DNA of 64,000 nt, taken from assembly GCA_963827685.1 (NCBI GenBank), contig CAWHBU010000004.1:320001-384000 (forward strand), given 5' to 3'. This DNA is from an uncultured delta proteobacterium. Its GTDB lineage: Bacteria; Desulfobacterota; BSN033; UBA1163. How positions within the stretch are numbered: position 1 is the first letter of the stretch; each line of letters begins with the position of its first letter. A model generated the notes under the pieces. It did not search any database, was not told where the DNA came from, and saw only the letters and a list, made by a program, of their open reading frames with translations. This document shows positions 19,986-30,760 of this stretch, piece after piece. Position numbers and translations under genes: made by a program.

Positions 19986-21815
19986 ATGTGTGGCATTGTC
20001 GGATATATCGGCTCGAGAGAGACGGCAAGGGTTCTCATTGATGGGCTCAGACGACTCGAATATCGAGGATATGACTCTGCAGGCATTGCCGTCTTCAATC
20101 GAGGCAAGGTCGAGATTCGAAGGAAAGAAGGGAAATTAACAAAGCTGGAGGAGTTGATCGGTGGGGAGACCTTCGATGGGAAGGTGGGGATAGGTCATAC
20201 GCGATGGGCGACCCATGGAAGGCCATCGGACGAGAATGCCCATCCCCATAAGGCAGGCAAGGTCGCTGTGGTCCACAATGGCATCATCGAAAACTATCTT
20301 CCTCTTAGAGAGGTTCTTAAGGGCAAGGGTCATGTTTTTACCTCTGAAACAGACACGGAGATTATCTCCCATCTGATTGATGAATTCATTCAGGAAGGAT
20401 ATTCCTCGCTGGAGGCCGTGAGAATGGCATTAGATAAGATCAAGGGCTCTTATGCATTGGGCATTCTTTTCGAAGGGGAAGAGGATCGCTTGATTGCCGC
20501 AAGAAAAGAAAGCCCTTTGGTGATCGGTCTTGGAAAGGAAGAGTATTTCATCGCCTCGGACGTCCCTCCGATCCTTCCCTATACAAAGGATTTCATCTTC
20601 ATGGATGATGGTGAGGTAGCACTTCTCTCCTCCGGGGGAGTGAAAGTTTTCGATGGCAAGGGAAACGAAGTTTCAAAAGAACCAAAGCGAGTCAACTGGA
20701 GTCCCTTGATGGCGGAAAAGGGTGGGTATAAACATTTTATGCTTAAGGAGATCTTCGAACAACCCAGAGCAGTGACCGACACTATTCGCGGACGACTCTC
20801 AGAAGAGAAAGGTGATGTCGTCCTCGAAGATGTCCACTTAGATCGACAGTTCCTGAAGAAGATTCGGAGGGTCCACCTGATTGCCTGTGGCACCTCTTAC
20901 CATGCTGCCCTCGTGGGAAAGTTTCTCATCGAAGAGTTTTGCCGAATCCCAGTGGAGGCAGATATCGGATCTGAATTTCGATATCGAAATCCAATTATTG
21001 GAGAGGATGATCTTCTTGTAGCCATCTCCCAATCCGGAGAGACGGCCGATACCATGGCTGCTTTGAGGGAAGCAAAGCGAAAGGGGGCGGCGACATTAGC
21101 CATTTGCAATGTGGTGGAGTCGAGTTTGGCAAGAGAAGCGGACCATGTGATCTACACCCATGCTGGCCCTGAGATTGGCGTAGCTTCCACCAAGACCTTT
21201 GTCACTCAATTGGTCATCCTCTTCCTTCTTGGCCTTCGAATTGGCAGAGAGTTGGGTTTCCTCACCAATGAGAAAGGCAAGACCTTGATTGAGGAATTAG
21301 TCAGGGTTCCACACCTCATGGAAGAAATGCTGAAAACATCACATCAAGTAGCCAAAATCGCCAGAAAGTACCTCCATGCGAGAGATTTTCTCTATCTTGG
21401 GAGAGGGATCAACTACCCCATTGCCCTGGAAGGGGCACTGAAATTGAAGGAGATCTCTTATGTCCATGCAGAAGGCTATCCAGCGGGTGAGATGAAGCAT
21501 GGGCCCATTGCCTTGATCGACCGGGAGATGCCGGTGGTCGTCCTTGCCACCCAGAACGATGTCTATGAGAAAGTGATCTCCAATATCGAAGAGGTCAAGG
21601 CAAGGGAAGGAAAGATTATTGCCCTTGCTTCTTCATCCGATCGGGAAATTGTCAAAAAGGTGGACGATGTGATCACCATCCCCGAGACACTTCCTTCTCT
21701 CGCTCCCATTCTCCTCACGATTCCTCTTCAACTCCTGGCCTACTATATGGCTGACTTCAAAGGCACGGATGTGGATCAGCCGAGAAACCTGGCCAAGAGC
21801 GTGACCGTGGAATAA
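19986..21815 (+). CDS. glmS: Glutamine-fructose-6-phosphate transaminase
   Basis: MCGIVG N-terminus, [10 protein letters not shown]-terminal [11 protein letters not shown]. Confidence 0.98.
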   Translation: MCGIVGYIGSRETARVLIDGLRRLEYRGYDSAGIAVFNRGKVEIRRKEGKLTKLEELIGGETFDGKVGIGHTRWATHGRPSDENAHPHKAGKVAVVHNGIIENYLPLREVLKGKGHVFTSETDTEIISHLIDEFIQEGYSSLEAVRMALDKIKGSYALGILFEGEEDRLIAARKESPLVIGLGKEEYFIASDVPPILPYTKDFIFMDDGEVALLSSGGVKVFDGKGNEVSKEPKRVNWSPLMAEKGGYKHFMLKEIFEQPRAVTDTIRGRLSEEKGDVVLEDVHLDRQFLKKIRRVHLIACGTSYHAALVGKFLIEEFCRIPVEADIGSEFRYRNPIIGEDDLLVAISQSGETADTMAALREAKRKGAATLAICNVVESSLAREADHVIYTHAGPEIGVASTKTFVTQLVILFLLGLRIGRELGFLTNEKGKTLIEELVRVPHLMEEMLKTSHQVAKIARKYLHARDFLYLGRGINYPIALEGALKLKEISYVHAEGYPAGEMKHGPIALIDREMPVVVLATQNDVYEKVISNIEEVKAREGKIIALASSSDREIVKKVDDVITIPETLPSLAPILLTIPLQLLAYYMADFKGTDVDQPRNLAKSVTVE

Positions 21816-21828
21816 TTCAAAAAATCAT

Positions 21829-21923
21829 TTCAAATTATAAATTGTAAAATGCAAAGTTAACATTTAGAATAAAAAAGTTCCTAAATTTTTGCATTTTGCA
21901 TTGCTAATTTTGCATTTTGCAAT
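21829..21923. repeat. Inverted arrays of 7-mer repeats (TGCAAAA/TTTTGCA)
   Basis: TTCAAAT TATAAAT TGTAAAA TGCAAAG ... TTTTGCA TTTTGCA TTGCTAA TTTTGCA TTTTGCA. Confidence 0.7.
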
Positions 21924-21936
21924 GATATTTAGACAA

Positions 21937-24174
21937 ATGTCCCTCCTCAACGATCTTAATCCTGTCCAGCAGAAGGCGGTTTTGGAAACCGAGGGGCCAC
22001 TCCTGGTTTTTGCAGGGGCGGGGAGCGGAAAGACCAGAGTCCTGACCTACCGGATTGCCTATCTCATTCAAGAAAAAAGGGTCCAGCCCTGGAATATCCT
22101 GGCAGTCACCTTCACCAATAAGGCGGCCGATGAGATGCGGGAAAGGGTTGAAAGGCTTCTTGGAGGATCGGCAAGGGGAACCTGGATCTCCACGTTTCAT
22201 TCAGCCTGTGCCCGCATCCTAAGGCAGCATATTGAGCGTCTCGGCTTCCAAAGAAATTTCGTCATTTATGATGGTCAGGATCAGGAGCGACATCTTAAAA
22301 CGGTTATGAAGGAATTGAATCTTGACTTCAAGATGTTTCCTCCCAGAGCTATTCAATCGGGCCTTGAACAATTGAAAAATGAGGGGATCACACCGGATCA
22401 ATATTCTCCGAACCCGTATAATATCTTCCAAAAGAGGCTGGCGCTGGTTTATCAACGCTATCAAGAGGATCTCCATAGAAACAATGCCCTCGACTTTGGA
22501 GACCTTCTCACCTTTGTGATCATTCTTTTTAAGCGCTTTCCAGAGGTTCTCAGGTCTTATCAGGAACTCTGCCGCTATGTGATGGTGGATGAATTTCAAG
22601 ATACCAACCTGATCCAATATCAACTTATCAGACAGATGGTCGAGACGCATCACAACATCTGTGTGGTCGGAGACGATGACCAGTCCATCTACCGCTGGAG
22701 AGGAGCCGAGGTTGGAAATATCCTGAACTTTGAGAAGGACTTTCCGGAGGCTAACGTCATCACTCTGGAACAGAATTATCGCTCCACACAGAATATCCTC
22801 CAGGCTGCCAACCATGTGGTGCGGAAAAACCGATATAGAAAAGAGAAGAAACTATGGACGGAGAACTCCGAGGGGGACCTCCTCACCTTTTATGTGGCCG
22901 AGGATGAAGAGGAGGAGGCACGTTTCGTCGTCAAGAAAATCATGGAACAACTCTCCACGTTGAAATCGGTGAGGTCTTATCGTGACGTGGCTGTCTTCTA
23001 CCGGATCAATGCCCAATCTCGTGCCATTGAAGATGAGCTGGTCAAAAACCGGATTCCCTATACAGTTGTCGGAGGAATGAAGTTTTATGAGCGAAAAGAG
23101 ATTAAGGATGTCATGGCCTACCTGAAGTTGATGGATAATCCCTCAGACGGTCTCAGCCTGAAAAGGATCATCAATGTCCCCTCGAGGGGGATCGGGGAGA
23201 AAACAATCGAGAAGATAGAGGCCTTCTCCAGAGAGAAAGGGCTTCCCCTTTATGAAGGATTGAAGCAGGCGATCGGAGATGATTGGCTGACCCCTGCCGT
23301 CAAGGCCAAGATGAAAGAGTTTATCCAATTGATAGAAGCGTTCCGAAAAGATGCAGGATCCTTCACCCTCAGCCAACTTACCTTAGGGCTTCTCGCCAAG
23401 ACGGAATACCTTCAACGATTGAAAGAGGAAGGAACGGATGAAGCTTTTTCAAAGATGGAGAACATTGATGAACTCATCAACGTGATGATGGGACTTGAGC
23501 AAGGAGAAGAGAAGGTTTCGTTGGAAAGCTTTTTGGATAAGGTCTCGTTAGTGACGGATGTGGATCTTTATGAGGACAAGGGGAACCGAGTTTCTCTGAT
23601 GACCCTTCATTGCGCAAAGGGATTGGAGTTTCCGGTGGTTTTCATCGTTGGAATAGAAGAAGGACTTCTGCCCCACTACCGGCGGGGTGAGGAGATTGAA
23701 GATATGGAGGAAGAGAGGAGGCTCTTCTATGTGGGGATGACGCGTGCGAAGGAGAGGCTCTTTCTTTCACGGGCAGAAGAACGATCCACCTTTGGCGTGG
23801 GTCGTGCCAACCTTCCCTCCCGTTTTCTCGATGAACTCCCTATGGGATTGATGCAATTTGAGGAAAAGAAGAGGAGAATGGAGAGTTTATTTTCCCAGGA
23901 AACTCCGTGGAGAGACGATACTCATCAGACCGGGATCATGGCGGATGACCTATCCCAAGAGATTTCCTTCCCAGAAGGGGGTGGGGTTGTCCTGAGTCCC
24001 GAAGGGTTCTTTCCGCTCAAAATAGGGATGCGAGTGCGGCATCCAAAATTTGGCGAGGGAAGGGTCAAGTCTGTAGAAGGGATGGAGGAGGATCAAAAGG
24101 CGACCATTGTTTTTGGAACCGTAGGCAGCAAACGTCTGAAAGTCCGTTATACCCACCTGGAGATACTTGAGTAA
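21937..24174 (+). CDS. pcrA: ATP-dependent DNA helicase PcrA/UvrD
   Basis: AGAGSGKTRVL, VDEFQDTN, VGDDDQSIY, EEERRLFYVGMTRA, C-terminal RVRHPKFGEG. Confidence 0.95.
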   Translation: MSLLNDLNPVQQKAVLETEGPLLVFAGAGSGKTRVLTYRIAYLIQEKRVQPWNILAVTFTNKAADEMRERVERLLGGSARGTWISTFHSACARILRQHIERLGFQRNFVIYDGQDQERHLKTVMKELNLDFKMFPPRAIQSGLEQLKNEGITPDQYSPNPYNIFQKRLALVYQRYQEDLHRNNALDFGDLLTFVIILFKRFPEVLRSYQELCRYVMVDEFQDTNLIQYQLIRQMVETHHNICVVGDDDQSIYRWRGAEVGNILNFEKDFPEANVITLEQNYRSTQNILQAANHVVRKNRYRKEKKLWTENSEGDLLTFYVAEDEEEEARFVVKKIMEQLSTLKSVRSYRDVAVFYRINAQSRAIEDELVKNRIPYTVVGGMKFYERKEIKDVMAYLKLMDNPSDGLSLKRIINVPSRGIGEKTIEKIEAFSREKGLPLYEGLKQAIGDDWLTPAVKAKMKEFIQLIEAFRKDAGSFTLSQLTLGLLAKTEYLQRLKEEGTDEAFSKMENIDELINVMMGLEQGEEKVSLESFLDKVSLVTDVDLYEDKGNRVSLMTLHCAKGLEFPVVFIVGIEEGLLPHYRRGEEIEDMEEERRLFYVGMTRAKERLFLSRAEERSTFGVGRANLPSRFLDELPMGLMQFEEKKRRMESLFSQETPWRDDTHQTGIMADDLSQEISFPEGGGVVLSPEGFFPLKIGMRVRHPKFGEGRVKSVEGMEEDQKATIVFGTVGSKRLKVRYTHLEILE

Positions 24175-24182
24175 GAATTCAA

Positions 24183-24269
24183 GGTAGGAAGATGAGGGGG
24201 TAACGAGATGAGGAGAAAGGATTTAAATTTTGTCTCACCTCATCACCCCGTCTCCTGATCTCCTCATCA
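24183..24269. repeat. Inverted arrays of 8-mer repeats (GATGAGGA/TCATCTCC-like)
   Basis: GGTAGGAA GATGAGGG GGTAACGA GATGAGGA ... TCATCACC CCGTCTCC TGATCTCC. Confidence 0.65.
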
Positions 24270-24307
24270 TTCTTGGCAGGAGGAGGTTTTATGAAAACAA
24301 AAGGGTA

Positions 24308-25453
24308 TCACGGCCATTTTGACTCGTAAATCTGTTTGATAGAAATGAAGTCCACCTTTAGTTTCCCATAACGCCGCTGATAAGAGGATTTAATATTGGG
24401 ACTTAACACGTAATTCTTTCCTTCAGGATACAAAGAACGAAATACGGTAAGATGAGCGGGGTCAAAGCGATCTGGATTGATTTTACATTCAATGGCATCT
24501 GATTGTTTTCGACCACTCTTGATTACAAAATCCACTTCCCGCCCGGATTTGTCTCTCCAGTAAAACAAGTTATGATCGTCAACGACGGTACGAAGAGTAT
24601 CGAGTACCAGGTGTTCCCATAAAAGACCTCGATCATCCTCCCGAATACTGTCCCACCCCTTGACAAAGGTGACAAAACCTGTATCGAAGGCATAGCATTT
24701 AGGCCTATGAGTCATTTCACGCCGCCCTCCTCCATGAAATGGTTGAAGTAAGAAAACCGCATGCGCAATACTCATAGCTTCCAGATGAGCTTTAACAGTA
24801 TGTCGGCTTAAATCGGTTAATCGAGCCAGATTAGTATAATCCATGAGACTTCCACTTTGTCGGAGCAACCCATGCAGTAACTTCATGAAACCAGTCCGGT
24901 TGCGGATGCTGAAGAGCTCCTGGATGTCCCGGGCATAAAAGCTATCCATCCATTCAGAAAAAAAGACCGAGTTCTTCGTTTTTGAGAGTAAGGGTTCTGG
25001 TAGCCCTCCGTGCAGTAATCGATGATCCAGATCTTTTATGTTGAAGTGATCAACGCATTCACTCCAGAGTACTGGCGGTAAATAGATCAAATGTTTTCGG
25101 CCAGTCAGGCCGTCGCGGAACTTTTTCGTAGCTGACAATGTGGAAGATCCTGTTGCGAGCACTTTGAGGTGAGGATAGACATCTGCTGCGATCTTCAACA
25201 AACGGCTCGGGTCCTCTAAACGGTGTATCTCATCAAAGATAACAATGGTTCCTTTATCGAGACTGTCATAGAAAGACTCCGGATCGAATAATCGGCGTCC
25301 CACTGACGGCAGATCGCAATTTTGATAGGCTGTTTTGGGAAACATTTGGGCTAAGGTGGTTTTCCCCACTCGGCGAACCCCGGATAGCCATACGATCGGT
25401 CGCCTTTCCCATGCCTGATGAATACGTTTTATCCAGAATGGGCGCTCAATCAT
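24308..25453 (-). CDS. AAA_14 ATPase with DUF4143 C-terminal domain
   Basis: GVRRVGKTT, IFDEIH, ATGSS, KCYAFDTG, YWRDKSGREVDFV, AIECK. Confidence 0.88.
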   Translation of the reverse strand: MIERPFWIKRIHQAWERRPIVWLSGVRRVGKTTLAQMFPKTAYQNCDLPSVGRRLFDPESFYDSLDKGTIVIFDEIHRLEDPSRLLKIAADVYPHLKVLATGSSTLSATKKFRDGLTGRKHLIYLPPVLWSECVDHFNIKDLDHRLLHGGLPEPLLSKTKNSVFFSEWMDSFYARDIQELFSIRNRTGFMKLLHGLLRQSGSLMDYTNLARLTDLSRHTVKAHLEAMSIAHAVFLLQPFHGGGRREMTHRPKCYAFDTGFVTFVKGWDSIREDDRGLLWEHLVLDTLRTVVDDHNLFYWRDKSGREVDFVIKSGRKQSDAIECKINPDRFDPAHLTVFRSLYPEGKNYVLSPNIKSSYQRRYGKLKVDFISIKQIYESKWP

Positions 25454-25657
25454 AGGAATCATAACTAACATTTAGCCGTCTATTTGTCAAGTATAAATAC
25501 ATCAAACTTTACCGGGGGATTAATCCGTGGAGATATAAAGCACATGCCGGAGAGGTGATGGGGACACCTACAAGAGGACTTAAGGAACGGTCTTCACCGT
25601 TTAGCTAATGGACTGAGGATCGATTTGGTCTTAAGAAAAATGTAATCTCCATATAGA

Positions 25658-27793
25658 CTACTTCCCGTCCCGTTGCAAATCGGCCTTTCTTCTTTTTGGA
25701 TGCTCTTGATTGACCGGCAAATTGACAAAAAAGGAAGATCCCTTGCCCAACTGACTCTCCACATCGATATAGCCTTTATGCTCCTGAACGATCTGATGCG
25801 AAATGGATAGTCCTAATCCGCTCCCTGTGCTTTTCGTGGTAAAGAAGGGATTGAAGATATCCTCTAAATACTCCTCTGGAATGCCGGAGCCTGTATCGGT
25901 AAACTCAATTTGGACAAAAGGTTCTCCCCCTGGTTTTAGAAAGGATCGGGTTTTGACCGTAATCCTTCCATTCTCGGATGTGGCCTGAATCGCATTGAAT
26001 AAGATGTTCAAGAAGACTTGTTTAACCTGTTCCCGATCAATCTGGACCGGGGGCAGATCGGAAGCATAGCTTCTGAGAATGTTGACTTGTTTCTTCTTCG
26101 TTTCGGTTGAAGCCAAGAGGATCATTCCATCTAAAATCGTGTTGATATCCTCAAACTCCAACTTCGGATCGGAAGGTCTGGCAAAATTAAGGAGCTCATC
26201 GACTAATGAAGAAATTCGGTCAACCTCTCCAGAGGCAATCTTGAGGAATTGGTCTCGAAATTCCTCATCGTCAAGCCGCTCTGGTAATAAGTGAGTTAAG
26301 GTCTTGATGGCAACCAGGGGATTGCGGATTTCATGGGCCAGCCCTGCGGTCAAAGTTCCCAAGGAGGCCAACCGGTCTGCCCGGCGAATATAGGATTTTG
26401 ATCTCTTCAGATCTTCATAGAGCCTCGCGTTCTCAATAGCGATCGCCGTTTGGTTTGCCAGGGTGCTAAGTAATTCAATATCTTCATGGGAATAGATATC
26501 TTTATCGAACTTATAGCCCAGGTTAATCATACCAACGAGTTCTCCTCTTGAAATGAAAGGGATACTTACCTCCGCCTCTAAGAGGGACATCATATCAACA
26601 ATATATTTTAATTCTGGAATATTGGCCCCCTTGGCCAATTCTTCTCGAATAATAATCTCTCCAATTTTTTGCAAATATTGGGGCAGGGGGTCGTCTTTAG
26701 GAAGCTGAGGGTTTGAAGTGGTCACATTAATATTCTTTGATTCAAATAAAGAGTAGACTCCTTTTTCCTCATTCCATAAAAATAAGGACGCTTTCTCAAC
26801 CCCCATCGTCTGTGTAATCATGTCGAAAATTCTTCTTGAAAGAGATTGCAAATCGAGAATTGTCACCATGGCTTTGCTAAATTTCGCCAAGGTTTCACGG
26901 TAATCATACCGGTTTTTAAAAAGAAATTGCTCGACGGCCCTTTCTGTGTGAGGCTTAATTCTATTAAACACGACCGTCACAAACAAAAGGAGGAGCGAAA
27001 GAAAGCCTAATAAAAGATAATGGATATCTCCATAAACAATCTTTTGGAACAGGAGAGCTAAGAGAAAAGATGGAACGAAAAGGAGCAATGTTAGAAGAGC
27101 ATACGTTGTGCCTTTTTTAAGAACAACATTAATGTCCATCAATCTGTGTTTTGCAATCGCATATGAGATAATTACCACATAGACTGAAACAAAATAAAAT
27201 CCAAATGGAAAGATCTTAATATTGAAAGTGGGCAAGAAAGTTGTTATCCCCCCCAGAAAACCGATAATGGCTGCAGCTAAGACGTATCTGATTTGATTCC
27301 TTGTTTGCCCCTTTGCGTACTTAAAATGCTTGATCAAGACGTAGTGGCCATAGGCTATAATACCTAACTGTGAAACTGTATAAAAAGGATAAATTGGTCC
27401 GGGTACACCATAATAGCGAAAAGATAATATTGGTCTCACGTCTTTGATAAGTAAAGAGGTGAAATCGAAGGCCAAGAAGATAAATGCTAATGCATAAAAT
27501 AACAATGTCAACCGATTCTTTGTTAATTTTAATAAGGAATTCACAAAATGAATGAAAAACGCAGGTACGAAAATAGATCCTACATAACATAATCGGACAA
27601 AAAAGAGTGCTGTCGTTTTTTCTGAAGATATATCTCTTCCGAATAGCCCAAAGGTCCATAATGAAACACATAAATTTATCAACATGCCATATTTGTTTAT
27701 ATTAGAGGATCTATTTTTCAGATAAACAAAGATTCCTAAGGAAAGGCTAAGTATCCCTGTGATAGCGCATGAAATAATATAAGAGGTATTCAT
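25658..27793 (-). CDS. Sensor histidine kinase: N-terminal 7TM-like membrane domain, GAF, HisKA, HATPase
   Basis: Multiple TM helices; LANQTAIAIENARLY; AHEIRNPL H-box; NAIQA, DTGSGIP, GSGLGL boxes. Confidence 0.93.
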   Translation of the reverse strand: MNTSYIISCAITGILSLSLGIFVYLKNRSSNINKYGMLINLCVSLWTFGLFGRDISSEKTTALFFVRLCYVGSIFVPAFFIHFVNSLLKLTKNRLTLLFYALAFIFLAFDFTSLLIKDVRPILSFRYYGVPGPIYPFYTVSQLGIIAYGHYVLIKHFKYAKGQTRNQIRYVLAAAIIGFLGGITTFLPTFNIKIFPFGFYFVSVYVVIISYAIAKHRLMDINVVLKKGTTYALLTLLLFVPSFLLALLFQKIVYGDIHYLLLGFLSLLLLFVTVVFNRIKPHTERAVEQFLFKNRYDYRETLAKFSKAMVTILDLQSLSRRIFDMITQTMGVEKASLFLWNEEKGVYSLFESKNINVTTSNPQLPKDDPLPQYLQKIGEIIIREELAKGANIPELKYIVDMMSLLEAEVSIPFISRGELVGMINLGYKFDKDIYSHEDIELLSTLANQTAIAIENARLYEDLKRSKSYIRRADRLASLGTLTAGLAHEIRNPLVAIKTLTHLLPERLDDEEFRDQFLKIASGEVDRISSLVDELLNFARPSDPKLEFEDINTILDGMILLASTETKKKQVNILRSYASDLPPVQIDREQVKQVFLNILFNAIQATSENGRITVKTRSFLKPGGEPFVQIEFTDTGSGIPEEYLEDIFNPFFTTKSTGSGLGLSISHQIVQEHKGYIDVESQLGKGSSFFVNLPVNQEHPKRRKADLQRDGK

Positions 27794-27796
27794 TTT

Positions 27797-29038
27797 TTAC
27801 TCGTATTTCCTGATTATTATGCTCGAATTCTTGCCGCCAAAACCAAATGAATTTTTAAGCACTGTGGTAACAGTAGCCTTTCTTCCTTTATTCGGAACAT
27901 AGTCCAAGTCGCATTCGGGATCTGGAAATTCATAATTTATTGTGGGGGGGATAAATTGGTTCTTAATTGTCAAAACGGTTGCAACAAGCTCTATTGCTCC
28001 TCCAGCTCCTAATGCATGCCCTGTCACTGACTTATTAGCTGTAATGGGAATATTGTACGCACGCTCTCCAAATATCTCTTTTATTATTTTTGTTTCAATC
28101 TTGTCATTCAAAGGAGTGGAGCTTCCATGAGCATTAATATGATCAATTTCTGTTGGGTCGATCCTGGCTTCTTGTAGCGCTAACTCAATTGCTTTCTTCG
28201 CCTGCTCACCTGTTGGTAGAGGCTGAACCATATGATATGCATCATTGGTTGTTCCGTAACCAAGAACCTCTGCATAGATAGGAACTCCTCTTGCTAATGC
28301 ATGCTCAAGATCTTCTAATATTAGAACACCGGCCCCTTCGCTCATTACAAAGCCATCTCTTTCTTTATCAAATGGTCTTGAGGCTTTCGTAGGGTCCCCG
28401 TTTCTCTTTGAAAGAGCCCCTATTAAACAAAAGGATCCTAATGTTAACGGGACGATCGGTGCTTCGGCTCCCCCAGCAATCATAACGTCAGCAAGGTTAT
28501 TCTTTATTGCATAAAAAGCGTATCCAATATCATCTACCCCTGCGGCACATGCCCCCCCGATCGTACTAGAATGGCCACGGATACCAAGCTCAATAGAAAC
28601 CTGACTCGTCGCTCCTCCAGCGAAGATCTTTAACGCTACCAATGGATCTACTCTTTTTAATCCCTTTTCAATAAATATGCTGTGTTGTTCCTCGGCACTC
28701 GGTATGCCTCCAAGTGCTGACCCTAAACAAATTCCTATTCTTTCCGAATTTTTGTCAGAGATCTCCAATTTTGTTTTATCAAGAGCCATTCTTGCACATG
28801 CCACAGCAAATTGACAAAACCTATCCATGCGTCTTGCACTTTTGGAATCCATGTAATCCAACGGATCAAAACCACTTACTTCTCCTGCTATTTTAGAAGC
28901 GTGGGAGGAGGCGTCGAAATGGGTTATTTTTCTAACCCCCGATCTTCCAGCAACCAGGGAATCCCAGAAGTTTTCTATTCCAACACCATTAGGGGCGATA
29001 ACTCCCATCCCTGTTATGACTACTCTTCTCTGACTCAT
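27797..29038 (-). CDS. fabF: Beta-ketoacyl-ACP synthase II-type ketosynthase
   Basis: RRVVITGMG, active-site ACAAG, NAHGSST, GHALGA, NSFGFGG. Confidence 0.92.
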   Translation of the reverse strand: MSQRRVVITGMGVIAPNGVGIENFWDSLVAGRSGVRKITHFDASSHASKIAGEVSGFDPLDYMDSKSARRMDRFCQFAVACARMALDKTKLEISDKNSERIGICLGSALGGIPSAEEQHSIFIEKGLKRVDPLVALKIFAGGATSQVSIELGIRGHSSTIGGACAAGVDDIGYAFYAIKNNLADVMIAGGAEAPIVPLTLGSFCLIGALSKRNGDPTKASRPFDKERDGFVMSEGAGVLILEDLEHALARGVPIYAEVLGYGTTNDAYHMVQPLPTGEQAKKAIELALQEARIDPTEIDHINAHGSSTPLNDKIETKIIKEIFGERAYNIPITANKSVTGHALGAGGAIELVATVLTIKNQFIPPTINYEFPDPECDLDYVPNKGRKATVTTVLKNSFGFGGKNSSIIIRKYE

Positions 29039-29051
29039 TATTTTTTCCTCT

Positions 29052-30020
29052 TTATACTGGGTGATAACTATTTTTTATCCAATCCATGGTACTCCTGATA
29101 CCCATCTCTAATGTGACTTCAGGACTGTATCTGATTTCCTTCTTTGCCTTAGTAATATCGCATCCCCAATGTAGTAGCATCGTTTTCATAGCATAAAGTT
29201 CTATGAAATAAAGATTAAACAGTTTTCCCATCAAATTATTAATCTGCCATGAGATGTTCCCCAGAATATTCGGTAAATAGACGACCTCTATTTTCTCGCC
29301 AATTACCGCAGATGCTGTTGTGATAATCTCATCAAGGGCATACGGTGAATTATCAGATAATATATATATTTTCCCGTTGGCCTCTGGTTTATTCGCTAAC
29401 AACATCAACCCATCCACAAGGTTACCGACAAAGCAAAAGCTTCGCGGATTATCCCCTTTACCGACGTTGTATATTTTTCTTTTGGTGAAGGCATCAAGAA
29501 ATAATCGATTGAGAACAGGTGGTTGATGGGGGCCGTAAACGATGGGTGCTCTCACAATAACCCAGAGGATGTTGCATTGCTTGATCAATCCTTCGGCATC
29601 TAATTTAGTTTTTCCATAAATTGTCATAGGTTCACATTCTGACTCCTCAGTTAACAAAGTGTTCTTGGTGGCTGGTCTATAAACTCCTATGCTGCTCAAA
29701 AAGATTATCCTCTTAGTCCCTTTTTCTTTACATGCCTCCAAAAGATTTTGTGTAGCTAAAACATTTCCCTCATAATAATCTTTCTTTTTTCTTGAATATA
29801 CTTCTCCGGCTAAATGGTAGACGAGATCTATTTGATCCAAGGCAGGCCCCAATGAATCCTTATCAACCAAATTTCCATAGAACAGGTCGACATTAAAATC
29901 TCTTAAGGTTGTGATATCGCTGTTTTTCCTTACCAGACATCTTACAGAGTAAGTCTTGGATAGAGCGCCCGTAAGATGTCTTCCAATGAATCCCGTTGCT
30001 CCAGTGACGAGAATATTCAT
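29052..30020 (-). CDS. NAD-dependent epimerase/dehydratase (extended SDR)
   Basis: VTGATGFIG, YHLAG, YGKTK. Confidence 0.9.
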   Translation of the reverse strand: MNILVTGATGFIGRHLTGALSKTYSVRCLVRKNSDITTLRDFNVDLFYGNLVDKDSLGPALDQIDLVYHLAGEVYSRKKKDYYEGNVLATQNLLEACKEKGTKRIIFLSSIGVYRPATKNTLLTEESECEPMTIYGKTKLDAEGLIKQCNILWVIVRAPIVYGPHQPPVLNRLFLDAFTKRKIYNVGKGDNPRSFCFVGNLVDGLMLLANKPEANGKIYILSDNSPYALDEIITTASAVIGEKIEVVYLPNILGNISWQINNLMGKLFNLYFIELYAMKTMLLHWGCDITKAKKEIRYSPEVTLEMGIRSTMDWIKNSYHPV

Positions 30021-30158
30021 TTTCGGACTGATCCCTTCTGCGTATTCAACGCATCCTATATGACTCGCAGATGAAAGATTTCATCAGAGCAAACAGTGAA
30101 AGCGAAGAGATGCTAAAGTCACCCCCCGGCGACCTTGATTTGAATGGCCCAGGTTATT

Positions 30159-30187
30159 ATTATAGATAATTTTGAATTTTGCAACAA
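30159..30187 (-). promoter_or_regulatory. Putative sigma70 promoter of the epimerase-fabF-kinase operon
   Basis: Minus strand TTGTTG-N17-TATAAT. Confidence 0.45.
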
Positions 30188-30293
30188 TTTTGTACACTTT
30201 TCTTAAACAGAACCAATCCCGATGTTACCCCTTATCGATCGTTTCTTAAGGGATTTTGGATTTTTCCATAACTTCTGTGATAAGATAATCCAC

Positions 30294-30716
30294 ATGCCTG
30301 TACAATTCCCTGAAGAGCAACGGTGCCCTATCCTGACATTCCCAGAAGATCTGCTTTATACCGATACCCATGAATGGGTGAGAGAGGAAGGAAGCCAGGT
30401 GACCATTGGACTGACAGACTATGCGCAAAGCCAGTTAAAGGATATCGTTTATGTGAATGTTCCTGAAGTAGGCGCTGAGTTTAGAAAAGGAGATAGCATC
30501 GGAGTGGTCGAATCTGTCAAGACCGTTGCTGATATTTACTCTCCAATCACCGGCAAAGTGACAGATGCCAATTTTACCCTCAAGGATCATCCCCAATTCG
30601 TCAATGAAGATCCCTATGGAAAGGGGTGGTTGGTTAAAATGGAGATTCAGGACAGAGAGGAGTTAAGAGGGCTCTTATCCTCTAAGGCCTATCAGGATTC
30701 TTTGGCAACGGATTAA
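30294..30716 (+). CDS. gcvH: Glycine cleavage system H protein (start uncertain)
   Basis: YTDTHEWV, GLTDYAQSQL, lipoyl-Lys VESVKTVADIYSP, DPYGKGWL. Confidence 0.93.
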   Translation: MPVQFPEEQRCPILTFPEDLLYTDTHEWVREEGSQVTIGLTDYAQSQLKDIVYVNVPEVGAEFRKGDSIGVVESVKTVADIYSPITGKVTDANFTLKDHPQFVNEDPYGKGWLVKMEIQDREELRGLLSSKAYQDSLATD

Positions 30717-30760
30717 TAACTGTGGCTTCGGACGAGCTTCACACTTTCCAAATAAAGTTT

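Noticed and set aside
21889-21936. N-terminal extension of PcrA (MHFALLILHFAM)
   Set aside because: It is a translation of the TTTTGCA repeat array; the likely start is 21937
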